The notes: generated by a model from the sequence alone, not told the origin. Shown: positions 21,654 to 32,786, numbered from the stretch's first letter. The stretch: 64,000 nt of DNA from an uncultured Nitrososphaeraceae archaeon (GCA_963837175.1 CAWIMJ010000012.1:32001-96000), one strand, 5' to 3'. Numbers and translations: made by a program.

Positions 21654-21831
21654 AATGTTGTTATCGACACAATCTCTAGCAAGGAGAGGTGAATCAAATT
21701 TAGCACGAGTAAGGATCTCAGTTTCTAGTTCTTGATGAATGTAGTATTAGATAATCATTATCTCGTACATACAGGTTCTGTAGATTTTAAGACAAATTTG
21801 ACTCATACTTACATTTACATCAAGCTCTGAA

Positions 21832-22017
21832 TTACTTGTAACGACAGTCTTCCTTTATATGATATCTCAATGATGTAGCTGCAAGACTTTTCGCTATTAC
21901 GCATGATTGCATAAGTATGAATCTATTTCTTGCCAACAATAATGATGTAGAATGGCATATTTTACTTGAACTTCCAGTAACAATGGCAATATTCTGTTGG
22001 TGGTCTTCCTGTTTCAA
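21832..22017 (-). pseudogene. SDR oxidoreductase N-terminal remnant
   Basis: IAIVTGSSSKICHSTSLLLARNRF is a degraded TGxxxGIG Rossmann motif; the ORF is truncated. Confidence 0.6.
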
Positions 22018-22544
22018 CCATTCCAGTCTTTCTATTTCCTAGCATAATAGATTTTATTAAAGATAATATTGTAGGAAGGAGATAGAATATGACTAAGGAA
22101 AAATTAAATCGATTTTAGAGGAAACGCGTTCATGCAAAACATTTTAATATAAATTAAAGAATTAAGTGAGAGCATTTCTTTGCGTGTATAAAGGTTCTGT
22201 TGTTGTTTGTTGTTATTTTTTAGATTTCTAAGAAAGATTTCTGAGCGTTTGATTGAATATGTTGCTGACCAAGTTATCAATTTGTCTATCCTCTGCTATA
22301 ATGTAGAAATTTTCTGGAAATAAAATCATAGACTAATACATCGATATTACTGAATCCAAACAGTTTGAGTAGTTGGTTAAAGATACACATGCCATTAGGT
22401 CTTACTATGGGCAATCAAGCACTTATCTTTTTTTCTCTTCAGGTTAAAAGGTCAATTACTCCTATCCTATTAATTGCATTAACCATCACCTTCTTTTAAT
22501 TATAATGTTCACTGATAATCTAGATGTGCGAATATTCAATGCCT

Positions 22545-24209
22545 TTATTGTGGTCTTAGATCCAAATGCGAACCAGGACGCAAAAGACCATCTTGGTCCC
22601 GTATCTCTGAGATAAGGTGTACTTTGCCATCGTCAGTTTCATCTTTTTGAACTTTAAGATAGCCAAAATTGAAGATCTTGTTCTCATGGTAAATATATGT
22701 TGCATTGATTGTTGGATCGATAGGAATCGTAGTAGGATAAGTAATCGCTGCAAAAGGCCCGCACACAATTTCATATAAAATTATCCTATCTCCATCATTG
22801 TTTGGATCTTGGTTGACTATTACGTTAGCCGGAAAATGCACATCTGTCGTAATAAAGACTACATTTTTGATATTGTTGTCATCAAGATATTTTAACAAAT
22901 CATTTCTTTCCCTCACAAAAGTCTTTTTAAATGCACTGCTGTTAGTCGCCCAACTATCGCACCCCAATTGATTAGTAAAGCAACTTGGAACAGTAAATGG
23001 TACGTCGGTAGAAATAACCTTCCACGTAGCTGTAGAGTTAAGCAGACTTTGTTCTAACCACTGAAACTGTGCTTTACCTAGCAATGTTTTATTGTTCTCA
23101 GGAGTATCATCTAATTCACTACGGCTGCGGTAAGAATGTGCATCTAGTAAAAACAAGTCGAGGTCCTTGCCCCAACTAAACGATCTATAAATACGGTTTA
23201 CTTCTTCGGTATTACTACTATTATTTCCATCTAATGGGGAGAAATTGAAGAACGCCTTTAGGCCAGCCTTAACTAAATTAGAAAACCCTGTTCTGTCCTT
23301 TGTTGCATTGCTCAAATATGACCAATTGCCACCATAATCATTAACAACTTCGTGATCATCAGCTTGAGAATAGATTGATGTATTCTGCAAAAGACTCTGT
23401 ATGTGCGGATCTGCTCTATTGTATTCCCAGTGTTTGTTGTAAATATCTTGCAATTGAGATAGATTGGCCCAATTCACCTTTTCATCAGTAACACTAGGAA
23501 AATTTCCTTGTATGTTATACCATCCTACTACGTCCTCTGGACCTTGATGAGCAGGACAGACATCATCGGCGTAAATCTGATCTCCATTGAATATAAAGAA
23601 ATCAGGCGAAAGCGCCTTTATTATCGAGAATATTGGATAACCTAAATCAACACGTCTGCAATATCTGTGACCACCTAGGTCTCCACCAATTACAAAGCGG
23701 ACTGTCTTGCTGGTTGAATTATCTGGAGATGTTCTAAAGGTTCCTGTAATGGAAGAAGAAGAATCTAAAACTATAGATCCTTTGCTGCTGTCATTGTTTT
23801 TGATGTCTTGGCCTTGTTTAGTAGTAAACCATACACGATAATAATACAGAGTATCAGGCATAAGTCCATCGATCTTTGCATGTCCAGTAAAATCTGTTGT
23901 TTCATTTACATTTGTTGTTGTTATTGTAAGTGATTTTGAAGATGATGAGAAATTAGAATTAGTATCGTATTCTACATGCATCTGAGCTTGTTTATTGGCA
24001 CGTGACCATATTACAGCGCTATGGTCTGTCACATCGCCACTAGCAACACCATGTGTGATGAACAAATTAGTATTCTGCTGCGCATAAATAAATAAAGGAT
24101 AAAAGAATATGATATCACTTAAGACCAAAAATGCCAATGTAACAACTGTTGCTAGTAATATTATTGCAATTTTTGATTTTTTAAATAAAAATACATAATC
24201 CTCTAACAC
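22545..24209 (-). CDS. phoD: Alkaline phosphatase D (PhoD) family protein
   Basis: HGVASGD, FNGDQIYAD, DDHEV, LDAHSYRS, LLGKAQFQWL, TTDVH; N-terminal TM/signal segment. Confidence 0.92.
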   Translation of the reverse strand: MLEDYVFLFKKSKIAIILLATVVTLAFLVLSDIIFFYPLFIYAQQNTNLFITHGVASGDVTDHSAVIWSRANKQAQMHVEYDTNSNFSSSSKSLTITTTNVNETTDFTGHAKIDGLMPDTLYYYRVWFTTKQGQDIKNNDSSKGSIVLDSSSSITGTFRTSPDNSTSKTVRFVIGGDLGGHRYCRRVDLGYPIFSIIKALSPDFFIFNGDQIYADDVCPAHQGPEDVVGWYNIQGNFPSVTDEKVNWANLSQLQDIYNKHWEYNRADPHIQSLLQNTSIYSQADDHEVVNDYGGNWSYLSNATKDRTGFSNLVKAGLKAFFNFSPLDGNNSSNTEEVNRIYRSFSWGKDLDLFLLDAHSYRSRSELDDTPENNKTLLGKAQFQWLEQSLLNSTATWKVISTDVPFTVPSCFTNQLGCDSWATNSSAFKKTFVRERNDLLKYLDDNNIKNVVFITTDVHFPANVIVNQDPNNDGDRIILYEIVCGPFAAITYPTTIPIDPTINATYIYHENKIFNFGYLKVQKDETDDGKVHLISEIRDQDGLLRPGSHLDLRPQ

Positions 24210-24903
24210 GGCAACTACAACTTAATCTAAATATTTAAGGATTCATTTGAAAAAGCAAAGCTAAAGTTATATCAATGTTTTGCATAGATCTAAAAACATA
24301 AATGGATCATATATTATGCATCGTCAAAACTATGATCATAGGTAGAATAAGTACTTTTTGTGCCTGCTGGCAGTATTGACGGAATTGATATAAATATCAG
24401 AATTAAAGCAGTTGAAAAACCTGCAGAAAATATATACTTTAAGTCAACGCACATTATGTACGAGATTCAATAGCTGATCCATAAAGATATTGTATATATA
24501 AAAGATTATTCCAGTATACAATTCATCCTCGTGTCATGTAGTAATAATGATTCAGTCAGAATATAAAATGCAAATTAATTATGCAATTAATTGAAGGATA
24601 TATCAGCAGTTTCGAACAAAATCAAAGTAGATGATAGATATATTTATCTATCTCTCTGTAAATGATTGACAAAATTGCTTCTTATCACAAGATCCATATT
24701 TGCGGAACAAGATTTCATATATACATTTGTTGTTTGAATAGAAGGTTCGAAGCTTTTATGCTATTAATATAACATGTTGATTGATAGTTTAGTTCAAGTA
24801 ATTTTTTCCTCCATTGATCTAAATGCACCTTTAATTGACGAAAGAAGCTAAAATTAATAGTTTCCTTGAACTTTTAAATAATATTGTATGTAGTATTCCT
24901 ATA

Positions 24904-25152
24904 ATGGAAAAAATGCTAATAATTGCGACTACCTTATCACTGTCAGTAGTAATCTCAGCAAGCTTTGTAAGTTCATTGTTTGCACAACAAAACCAGACTG
25001 ATATGATGACAGCCACTAACCAAACGGGTTCAATGATGAATAATCAAACAAATCAGACAGGAGGAGGAGGGAATCAAACACAAAAAGGTCCCTTGGAACA
25101 ACTAGGTGAAGCGCTAGGCGGAGTCTTTGGAGGAGGAAATCAATCTAAATAA
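24904..25152 (+). CDS. Small secreted Asn/Gln/Gly-rich protein
   Basis: Signal peptide ending FAQ, NQT repeats, GPLEQLGEALGG tail. Start set at MEKML. Confidence 0.6.
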   Translation: MEKMLIIATTLSLSVVISASFVSSLFAQQNQTDMMTATNQTGSMMNNQTNQTGGGGNQTQKGPLEQLGEALGGVFGGGNQSK

Positions 25153-25516
25153 AACTACTTCTTTTTTCTGGGATTGATAAGTTTGTAATTTTGCTAGATT
25201 TTTTCTCTGCAAATCACCACTTCATCTTATAGGTGTCAATAAAAAGGATCTGGTGTTTAAAATTATGATATAAAATGGAGAGGCAACAGACTTAAGTCAT
25301 TTTCTCGTCATGTACGTTTATAATTGTAGTTTAGCCTGACTAGTGTATCAATTAGATAACATATTAGCAGTCTGAGTCTAGGAATTGCTCCAAAAACAAA
25401 TACTAGTTGAACACAATCAGGGGAGCGATATATTATTCAACCAACGAAAATAAGATATCCGAAATTTGGCTTATGTATTTAATCGAGAAGAATACAAATT
25501 AACACACTTCACTTAG

Positions 25517-25648
25517 CTTTACTATCTTTACTATCTTTGCTGCTTTTACTATCTTTACTATCTTTGCTGCTTTTACTATCTTTACTATCTTTGCCTTTTA
25601 CTATCTTTACTATCTTTACTATCTTTACTATCTTTGCAATCTTTGCTG
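25517..25648 (-). repeat. 9-bp tandem repeat (AAAGATAGT = KDS) with a 27-bp higher-order unit
   Basis: Repeated ctttactat / ctttgctgc units on the plus strand. Confidence 0.9.
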
Positions 25649-26262
25649 TCACTAAAAGTTGGTAACACATTCTTAATACCTTCATTTTCTCCTCCTCCTG
25701 CTATCACTGCTGTTGTTGTACTATTACCTAAAGTTATGCTATTGTCTGTTATTGATAAGGGATGCTGTTGATTTTGATCAGATGATATTCCTATGATATC
25801 TACACTATACCATTTTGTTAAATTAGCATTATTATTATTATGATCAATACACGATAATTTGGAAGTTAGGTTGTTTGTTCCGTTTGTAATGAGATGATAT
25901 TTGTCAGTATACGTAAAAGTCCAGTTAGAATAATCGTTTGCTCCACCAGGTCCCGTTGCAACAGCTTTTTGAAACGGCTTTTGGTCATTCCAATCAGCAT
26001 AAACTGTACAATCAGTAGTAGTTTTATCTGTTGATGTTCCAGTGATTTTAAGTTCACCCGCTGAAACTTCTCTTCCTGTCATAGGAGATGTAATCTTTAC
26101 ACCTATCATAGTAGGTGATTGTGGTTGCTCCTGTACCTGTTGTGCCTGTACTTGTAAAGTACTATAATAAACTGGAAAAGCATAACAGATAAAGAATACC
26201 CCAACAATAACTAATAATAATAGTACCAGTTTTTCGAGCTTAAATTTACTAAATTTTTTCAA
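25585..26262 (-). CDS. Secreted or membrane-anchored protein with Ig-like domain and KDS-repeat tail
   Basis: TM helix, VKITSP...ITGTSTD...CTVYADWND...NWTFTY...TSKLSC, then a DSK repeat. Confidence 0.75.
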   Translation of the reverse strand: MKKFSKFKLEKLVLLLLVIVGVFFICYAFPVYYSTLQVQAQQVQEQPQSPTMIGVKITSPMTGREVSAGELKITGTSTDKTTTDCTVYADWNDQKPFQKAVATGPGGANDYSNWTFTYTDKYHLITNGTNNLTSKLSCIDHNNNNANLTKWYSVDIIGISSDQNQQHPLSITDNSITLGNSTTTAVIAGGGENEGIKNVLPTFSDSKDCKDSKDSKDSKDSKRQR

Positions 26263-26712
26263 ATCGATCCTATATATGACATCTTACTTATATATTGAGA
26301 TCAATATAGGCTTATTCCTTTCTCAGAATCTTGCCGACCCCAGAATGCAATTCCTAACATTAAACCACTGAGGTTTACTCTAGATAATATTGGCGTGATT
26401 AATGTGGCAAAAATTAAGGATTTAGATTAATCCGTAGAGAGAACACTTACTATCTAAAGTGTTGAATGTTCCCTTGCTCACATCAAGACTTTCGCTTAGA
26501 ATGAGTTTCATCTCAGATGGTCTGTAACTTAATCTAAGCGATGTGTCAATCATTGATATTGCCTAACACTATTGCCCTTTTTACTAGGTGCAAATTCGAT
26601 GGAATGTTGCAACCTATCAGTTCATTCCTGAATGTAAATATCTAAGTTTTTATAATTTATGAATAGAGTGCATCATAATACAATATATTTATATCATTTC
26701 TAATTATTCTCT

Positions 26713-27528
26713 ATGTCTACTCCAAAATTTGGTTTACTAACAAATCCTTCAATTGATATTGTAAAGGAGATAAGAGATATCTATGATTTAGGTTTTGATT
26801 ACGCAGAAATAGGAATAGAAGTTCCACAAGGAAATCGACAGATTCTCTTAAGTAATAAATCACTAATACTTGATTTACTTAAAAGATTTAAATTTCCATC
26901 AACAATTGGTCATACTGCACATTGGATAGACCTTTCTAGTGAATATCATTCAGTTCGTCAAGCTTGGATTTTAGAAGCAATAGAGGATGTAAAGGTTGCA
27001 AAGGAGCTTGGATTGACTTTTGTCAACTTTCACAGCAATATTAAGGGATTGTATATTGGCAAAATGCGAAAAATAGTTTTAGATAATTGGATTTGTAGCT
27101 TGCAAGAGATAATTGCTTATGCAAGAAAATTAAACATGGAGGTAATGTTAGAAAATGTTCCTTCTTCTAATGGAATTCATAAAGTTGATGAATTCAGATA
27201 TATTATTGATAACGTTCCGGGTTTAAAAGTCCATCTAGATATCCCACATGCATTTACATCAGGTGGAATGCAAGAAATTCTTCAATACATTAGAACATTC
27301 CAAGATAAAATCGTACATATTCATTGGCATGATAACCATGGAAAATTTGATGAACATCTGCCCATCGGAGATGGTTTGATAAATCATAGAAGTGTTGTCG
27401 AAGAGCTCAAAGGCATTAATTATAATAAGACTGTTACTTTGGAAGTCTTTACAAACAAACGAGATGCTAAATATTCAGCAGAAAAATTGAACAAATTATG
27501 GACAGAGGTTAACAAACAAAGTCAGTAG
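26713..27528 (+). CDS. Sugar phosphate isomerase/epimerase (AP endonuclease 2 TIM barrel) family
   Basis: MLENVP, HLDIPHA, HIHWHDNHGKFDEHLPIGDG, TLEVF. Confidence 0.9.
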   Translation: MSTPKFGLLTNPSIDIVKEIRDIYDLGFDYAEIGIEVPQGNRQILLSNKSLILDLLKRFKFPSTIGHTAHWIDLSSEYHSVRQAWILEAIEDVKVAKELGLTFVNFHSNIKGLYIGKMRKIVLDNWICSLQEIIAYARKLNMEVMLENVPSSNGIHKVDEFRYIIDNVPGLKVHLDIPHAFTSGGMQEILQYIRTFQDKIVHIHWHDNHGKFDEHLPIGDGLINHRSVVEELKGINYNKTVTLEVFTNKRDAKYSAEKLNKLWTEVNKQSQ

Positions 27529-27826
27529 ATACTATAAAAAGATAAAATGGATTTTCTTTATACCGAGACTCTTTCTGATTCCTAAATCTAGAAATTATAT
27601 GTTATTATTTTATTATTTTTATTTTATATTGTTTGATTAGTATATCATTGTAACATTCAAAATTCAATACTACAAGTTAATCATAGTCTTTATCTTTATA
27701 GAAAATAAGATAATCTCTTAGCATCGCATATTTCTATATGATAAACAAAGTGTTTATCTAATTTATTTTTATACAAGTAAAACATCATTCTTGATAATCT
27801 TAGGAGTGGCTAATTTTTTTACAATC

Positions 27827-28267
27827 TCATTGCAAATATTTATTCATCCTTCGCATAAAAGATTCTTGGTAATCTTCATAGACATTCTCTCTCTTAAGAC
27901 ATAACTGACAAATGTAGGCATGATGAGATTTAGTTTTATAGTCATGGTATTCGACAGAATCATACTCATTTCTGGAGATCGTCTTATTTCCGCAAATAAA
28001 ACATTTTAATTCTATGGTCTGCTGCAGAGATTTTCTATGTTGAGCACTAGTGAATTCTTTTTCTTCTGATCCCTGACTTACAAATTCTTCTACGTTTGTA
28101 CTAGCGATTGCCTGATTGTTGACATTTCTAGTAGGGCAATCTATGTGTTTAACAGCTTTTGTAGATTTAGACCAAAATGCTTGTCCTGATGTTATCTCTT
28201 TACCACATTCGCAGCATTTCCCTCTGAACTTTATAGTGATTTCAAGCCAATCTATAGGATTAGTCAT
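27827..28267 (-). CDS. Hypothetical protein with two Cys/His zinc-binding modules
   Basis: CCECG...HIDC and CFICG...CQLC. Confidence 0.7.
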   Translation of the reverse strand: MTNPIDWLEITIKFRGKCCECGKEITSGQAFWSKSTKAVKHIDCPTRNVNNQAIASTNVEEFVSQGSEEKEFTSAQHRKSLQQTIELKCFICGNKTISRNEYDSVEYHDYKTKSHHAYICQLCLKRENVYEDYQESFMRRMNKYLQ

Positions 28268-28688
28268 ATCTTTTACTCAACTCGATTCTTTTAAGAGATA
28301 TACAATGCAGATCAGATCAATATAACTTAATTGCCACTGTAATTCTGATACTGACTCTGATTTTGTTGTTGACGACGATGACGATGAATATATATTTTCT
28401 CTTTTGTTCTAATGTTCTCTCCTTTTTAATACATCATTTCAAATAATTCAGCTTTTGGATAAAAGATTGTTCGTAATTATCAAAAGAGCCGTCAACATGG
28501 ATAAAAGTCTTAACGTGTCATTTTCGAACACGAAAAGGGCTTTAGTATAGACAATAGAGGATAATGGAGGTATTTTCCTATTATCATTATCTACTGGAGT
28601 TATAACTGGCTGTTCTGAGGTTCATGACGTCATTTCCCTTTTGTAATGGATATAATTAATCAAAAAATACCATCTTTTATCTACAAGA

Positions 28689-29200
28689 TCAATTAGATTG
28701 AAATATTTCATTCAAGTTAGTTTGTGATCCTCCAGGATCTAGTCCTCCAACAATCACATATACTTTATCATCAACAGATACAGCTGCTAAACCATGTCTA
28801 GCTGTTGGCATTGGCTTGGAAGATGTCCACGTATTTATCTTAAAATCATATTTTTCGTTATTGTGAAATGTACCACCTGGTCCTTCGCCACCAAATAGGT
28901 GGATAGTTTCATTGAGTACTGCACTAGCCAATCTCCTCTTTTAGAAGGCATCGGTTCTAGGATACTCAACTTATCTGTGATAGGATCGTAGACCTCATTA
29001 GCCTCAACATTAGCTGCGATACCTGCAGTTCTTCCTCCAATGACATACAATTTTCCGTCGAGTAATGCAGATGCAAGATGTTCTCTAGCTGTTAGCATTG
29101 ATGCCTTTTCTATCATGCATTAGTCCTTGGGTCATATGCCAAGTTAGAGTTGGATGTTCCTAAAACATCAACACCTCCAACTGCATATAAGCTTCCTTTT
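28689..29200 (-). pseudogene. Kelch-repeat protein, 5'-truncated and frameshifted
   Basis: LYAVGG...YDPRTN, LYVIGG...YDPITD, IHLFGG, MPTARHGL and VYVIVG across three frames. Confidence 0.85.
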
Positions 29201-30787
29201 TTAGTCAATATTTGGAGCCGAATTTTCATCAATGTACATAGTTCCTATATCAGGACGCGTCATTTCTGCTGGTGATACGGCAGATGTTAAGTATAAAATA
29301 TTATTTATATCCACTCTATAATAATCAAGTCTATCTGGATCATATTTTTGCACGATTTGTATGCTTTCACCTTTATCTATTCTGCGCATTACCACATTAC
29401 GGTGAACATAACTTGTTGCATAGGAATATCCACGTTGTTTTGCCTCTTTGAGAAACTCTAATCTAAGGAGATGACCGCCTGTTTCTCCCCAAAAACCCGG
29501 CTTGATACTGATCCATTCCATATATGCAGTGTTCTTTTTTCCCCAATTTTCATCACGTGTGCCACGACGCAGATGGTAGTTTTCTAGCGGCCCACCTTTT
29601 ACATAACCAACAACTTCACCATGTTGATCATTGATCCGTAAGGTGATCAATATTGTATCACTATCATACAATGACTTTGTAAAGTTATCTTCGTTGATAC
29701 GTAATGGGAAAGGCAGTTGTCTATATATATTCAAAACAGATGCTTTCACATTCAAATCAAGATTGTTTTCAATTTTTTCGACGAGTGTTACTAAACTTAG
29801 TTCCTTTCTTCTAAGTGAATTTCTTATATCGATCTCCTTTCTCCATGTTTCTCTGAAAGCCGCTACATTGTCAAAAAAATTCTTCCTGTATTCATCAGAT
29901 ATTGCATTTAACACACGCTCAAACATTTCCTTTTCCTCCTTTAATAAACTAAAGAACTTGACAGATTCTTCATTTATAAGTGATGGATGCCATCCAAGAG
30001 CATGAGCATTGCGTCGTGCAAGTTCTATAGAATGCTCAAAGTCACCTAGAACATAACCTGCAATACGTTCTGAAACAGACAAGAACCATCCTAGATCTTT
30101 ATAATGTTCTCTTATGTTGGTATCGTTCTCAGAGATTCCTGCATAAGTAAATAATTCTTCCATTCTCTTTTCTGCATGTTCTGCTATCTTACCTCTAAAG
30201 GGATATGCAGTGCGATGTATTATTGCAATTACAATATCAATGCTTATTCCAACATCGTCAATGAAGCCTTTTATCTTATCGTCATTTCTCAAGAACCATT
30301 CAACAGAATCCTCATTGGGTTTATCAAACTGTTTTAGAGGATCATAATCGTGAAAAAGAGCAGATACAAACAGGTATATAATGTCATCTTGACTAAATTT
30401 GTTCTCTTCATAATATCCATTGGCTGCAATTAAAGCGAAGTATGCAGCTTCTAGTTCATGATCTATATTATGATAGCCATAATAATCTGATCCTAACCCT
30501 TTCTTTGAGAATTCAGATACGGTATGTCTTATTATCCTATTTAGCCATTTATCTTGTAATCCCATCTTTGTACCCACTTGAATTATTTTATTTTTTAAAA
30601 CAGCCTCTTGACCTAGGCCAAGATTATACTTCAGCCACCAAGGAAATAACTTGACTCGTTTGTAAAACTCGTACCAAACTGGTGGAGGTTCGGCTAGAGG
30701 ATTTATTGCTGTATGCAAATCCATTTTGCTAGCGGTATCGCCAGCAGAATCATTATCTTTTTTTTCTTTGAATAAGAAATTAATCAA
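29201..30787 (-). CDS. HD-domain protein with C-terminal GNAT-like domain
   Basis: YHNIDHELE and ALFHDYD (HD motif); C-terminal VVGYVKGGP...YMEWISIKPGFWG...LKEAKQRGY. Confidence 0.8.
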   Translation of the reverse strand: MINFLFKEKKDNDSAGDTASKMDLHTAINPLAEPPPVWYEFYKRVKLFPWWLKYNLGLGQEAVLKNKIIQVGTKMGLQDKWLNRIIRHTVSEFSKKGLGSDYYGYHNIDHELEAAYFALIAANGYYEENKFSQDDIIYLFVSALFHDYDPLKQFDKPNEDSVEWFLRNDDKIKGFIDDVGISIDIVIAIIHRTAYPFRGKIAEHAEKRMEELFTYAGISENDTNIREHYKDLGWFLSVSERIAGYVLGDFEHSIELARRNAHALGWHPSLINEESVKFFSLLKEEKEMFERVLNAISDEYRKNFFDNVAAFRETWRKEIDIRNSLRRKELSLVTLVEKIENNLDLNVKASVLNIYRQLPFPLRINEDNFTKSLYDSDTILITLRINDQHGEVVGYVKGGPLENYHLRRGTRDENWGKKNTAYMEWISIKPGFWGETGGHLLRLEFLKEAKQRGYSYATSYVHRNVVMRRIDKGESIQIVQKYDPDRLDYYRVDINNILYLTSAVSPAEMTRPDIGTMYIDENSAPNID

Positions 30788-31379
30788 AAATCAAGCATCA
30801 CCGCTCATAAATTAGTTAAAGAGAAGTATATTATAAAAGAATTATGATGCTATCTATTTATAAAGTAAATAATCCTTGATAATAATAATTAGATTATAAT
30901 ATTATTTCAGTTTATGGTTTATATATATATAAAAATTGGATGTCCGTAAAATACCAGATTAGGTTCACACTTTTCCTAAAATTCGCTGAAATTACAATTA
31001 AATAAATAGGTTAAGTTAAGATTAACTAGCACCTGTTGAATAGATAGACATCGCAGAAGAAAAAAAAGTTATAGTATTAGATTTGTATACCTGCTAGATT
31101 ACCAGCAGTTATAATCTCATTGCCCATTGCAGTTACATATCAGCCAAGAAGAAGTGGAAAAGATTATTTGGAGTAAAAGAAAAGAGCAGGGGATAAAAAA
31201 GATATGTAGCAACAGGTATCATATACTCATTCTCTAGGTTGGGTTTATCTTGATGTACAATAGTTGATATAGATTCTGCATTTAAAATGGGCTTAGACTG
31301 GAGTCTAGAAGGCATTAAAAGTAGAATCTAATTTTTTATAATTGATAACGTATTCGTTTTATATTCATCACCTAAATGT

Positions 31380-31526
31380 TTACGCTAGCACTTTTACTAA
31401 CACACGCCTGCCAATCCAATCGCGTGGAAGGATTATATGTCCACCGCTTCCAAATTTCTTCACTTCTAAATCTTTCAATGTTTGTTCTTCTCTTTGTTTA
31501 GGTTTATTTAAGTGGTTTGTTGTCAT
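31380..31526 (-). CDS. DUF2080-like small protein (48 aa, not in ORF track)
   Basis: MTTNHLNKPKQREEQTLKDLEVKKFGSGGHIILPRDWIGRRVLVKVLA*; the VKKFG..GH..LP..WIG..V pattern matches DUF2080 (AbrB-like). Confidence 0.7.
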   Translation of the reverse strand: MTTNHLNKPKQREEQTLKDLEVKKFGSGGHIILPRDWIGRRVLVKVLA

Positions 31527-31831
31527 TTTCTATTCAAACATGATATAACAGAAATGATAATTAAATGATAGTCTATTTTTATCCCAAGTAATACATTTAC
31601 TATGTGTTTTGGGTTTACCACTTTATGAATATTAACCATTATATTGATTAATTGATTAATGAAACTTTATGTAACTTTAGATATATGTGAGTAATATTAT
31701 ATCCCATAGTTCTATACGTTTTGTCCCTATTAACAGTTGATCGTAACATAGAATTGGAAAATAAAAATTATCAGGAATACGACTCAAATCGCTAGTGATA
31801 TTTATATATTATATAATAAATAATATATTAT

Positions 31832-32281
31832 ATGAATATAGTAAGAGAAGACGCATCATTTAAAAGTAAAGCTCTTGCTGCGCTTGGAATAGCTGTTACA
31901 GCTGACGCTTTAGATTATTTTGCAGCGCCAATTTTTAGTACGCCGATAATTGGTGACATATTTGATTCATTTATAACTAGTTTGCTATATTCTATAACAA
32001 AAAGCAAACTATCAACCGCTGTAAACATGGCCGAGTTCATACCATTTATTGGAGACTTCCTTCCTGTATATACATTATCTACACTCATGTGGATTTCTAA
32101 AGAATCTAAAAGGCGCAACAAGGAACGTGTTAGAAAATACGAACAAGAATATCACAATAAGACAAAAACACCCGTATTGAGGGCGAAATTATTATCATCA
32201 TCACCGCCATCTTTGTACACTCCTCTTTGGAAAAACATCAAACTGTTCCAGTTTCTTCTCCGAGATGTCGTAGGCCGCTAA
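31832..32281 (+). CDS. Hypothetical membrane-associated protein
   Basis: PIIGDIFD...AEFIPFIGDFLPVYT hydrophobic core; AT-rich promoter-like sequence upstream. Confidence 0.65.
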   Translation: MNIVREDASFKSKALAALGIAVTADALDYFAAPIFSTPIIGDIFDSFITSLLYSITKSKLSTAVNMAEFIPFIGDFLPVYTLSTLMWISKESKRRNKERVRKYEQEYHNKTKTPVLRAKLLSSSPPSLYTPLWKNIKLFQFLLRDVVGR

Positions 32282-32786
32282 CTAAACAAGTTATCTTTCT
32301 CTAGTCATTTTTTAATTGATGCTGCTACTCCCTAAGCTAATAAATTAAGAAGAGTTAGAAACATCGAGTATACTTTTCGGCGGTCACAGCACTTAATCGT
32401 AGTTACTATGTATTGGTAACTTCATATTCGTGTTGATGTTACTCTAATGCCGAAAATGTTTTTGTGACTGGATAATAATACAGCATCTCATTTGCCATTA
32501 TATTCTTTGCTTACTTATGATATAATGAAATCAAACGCCAGATTAGCCAATAAAGTCATATGGGATTTCTAAAGAATCTAAAGGCTAAAACACAATTAGC
32601 TACGAAAATTCGAAATAATTCTAACAAGAATAATATTATTCCAATGATTATTCTCTAGTATTGTTACTTCTGCCTATAATCGAGTCTATCTTCATCTAAT
32701 ATCTGATTCTAAGGATATGGTTTCTCTATATTACACCTAGTGTTGATAGCTATTTTCTAATACAATAAAAGCCAAGTGTAGTTACT

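Noticed and set aside
25517-25648. Repeat array considered as a CRISPR
   Set aside because: The units are contiguous 9-mers without unique spacers and encode a KDS peptide; there are no cas genes.
29110-29120. In-frame TGA/TAG in the kelch gene considered as selenocysteine or pyrrolysine recoding
   Set aside because: The continuation is in another frame, consistent with a one-base loss from a Trp codon, so this is a frameshift and not read-through.
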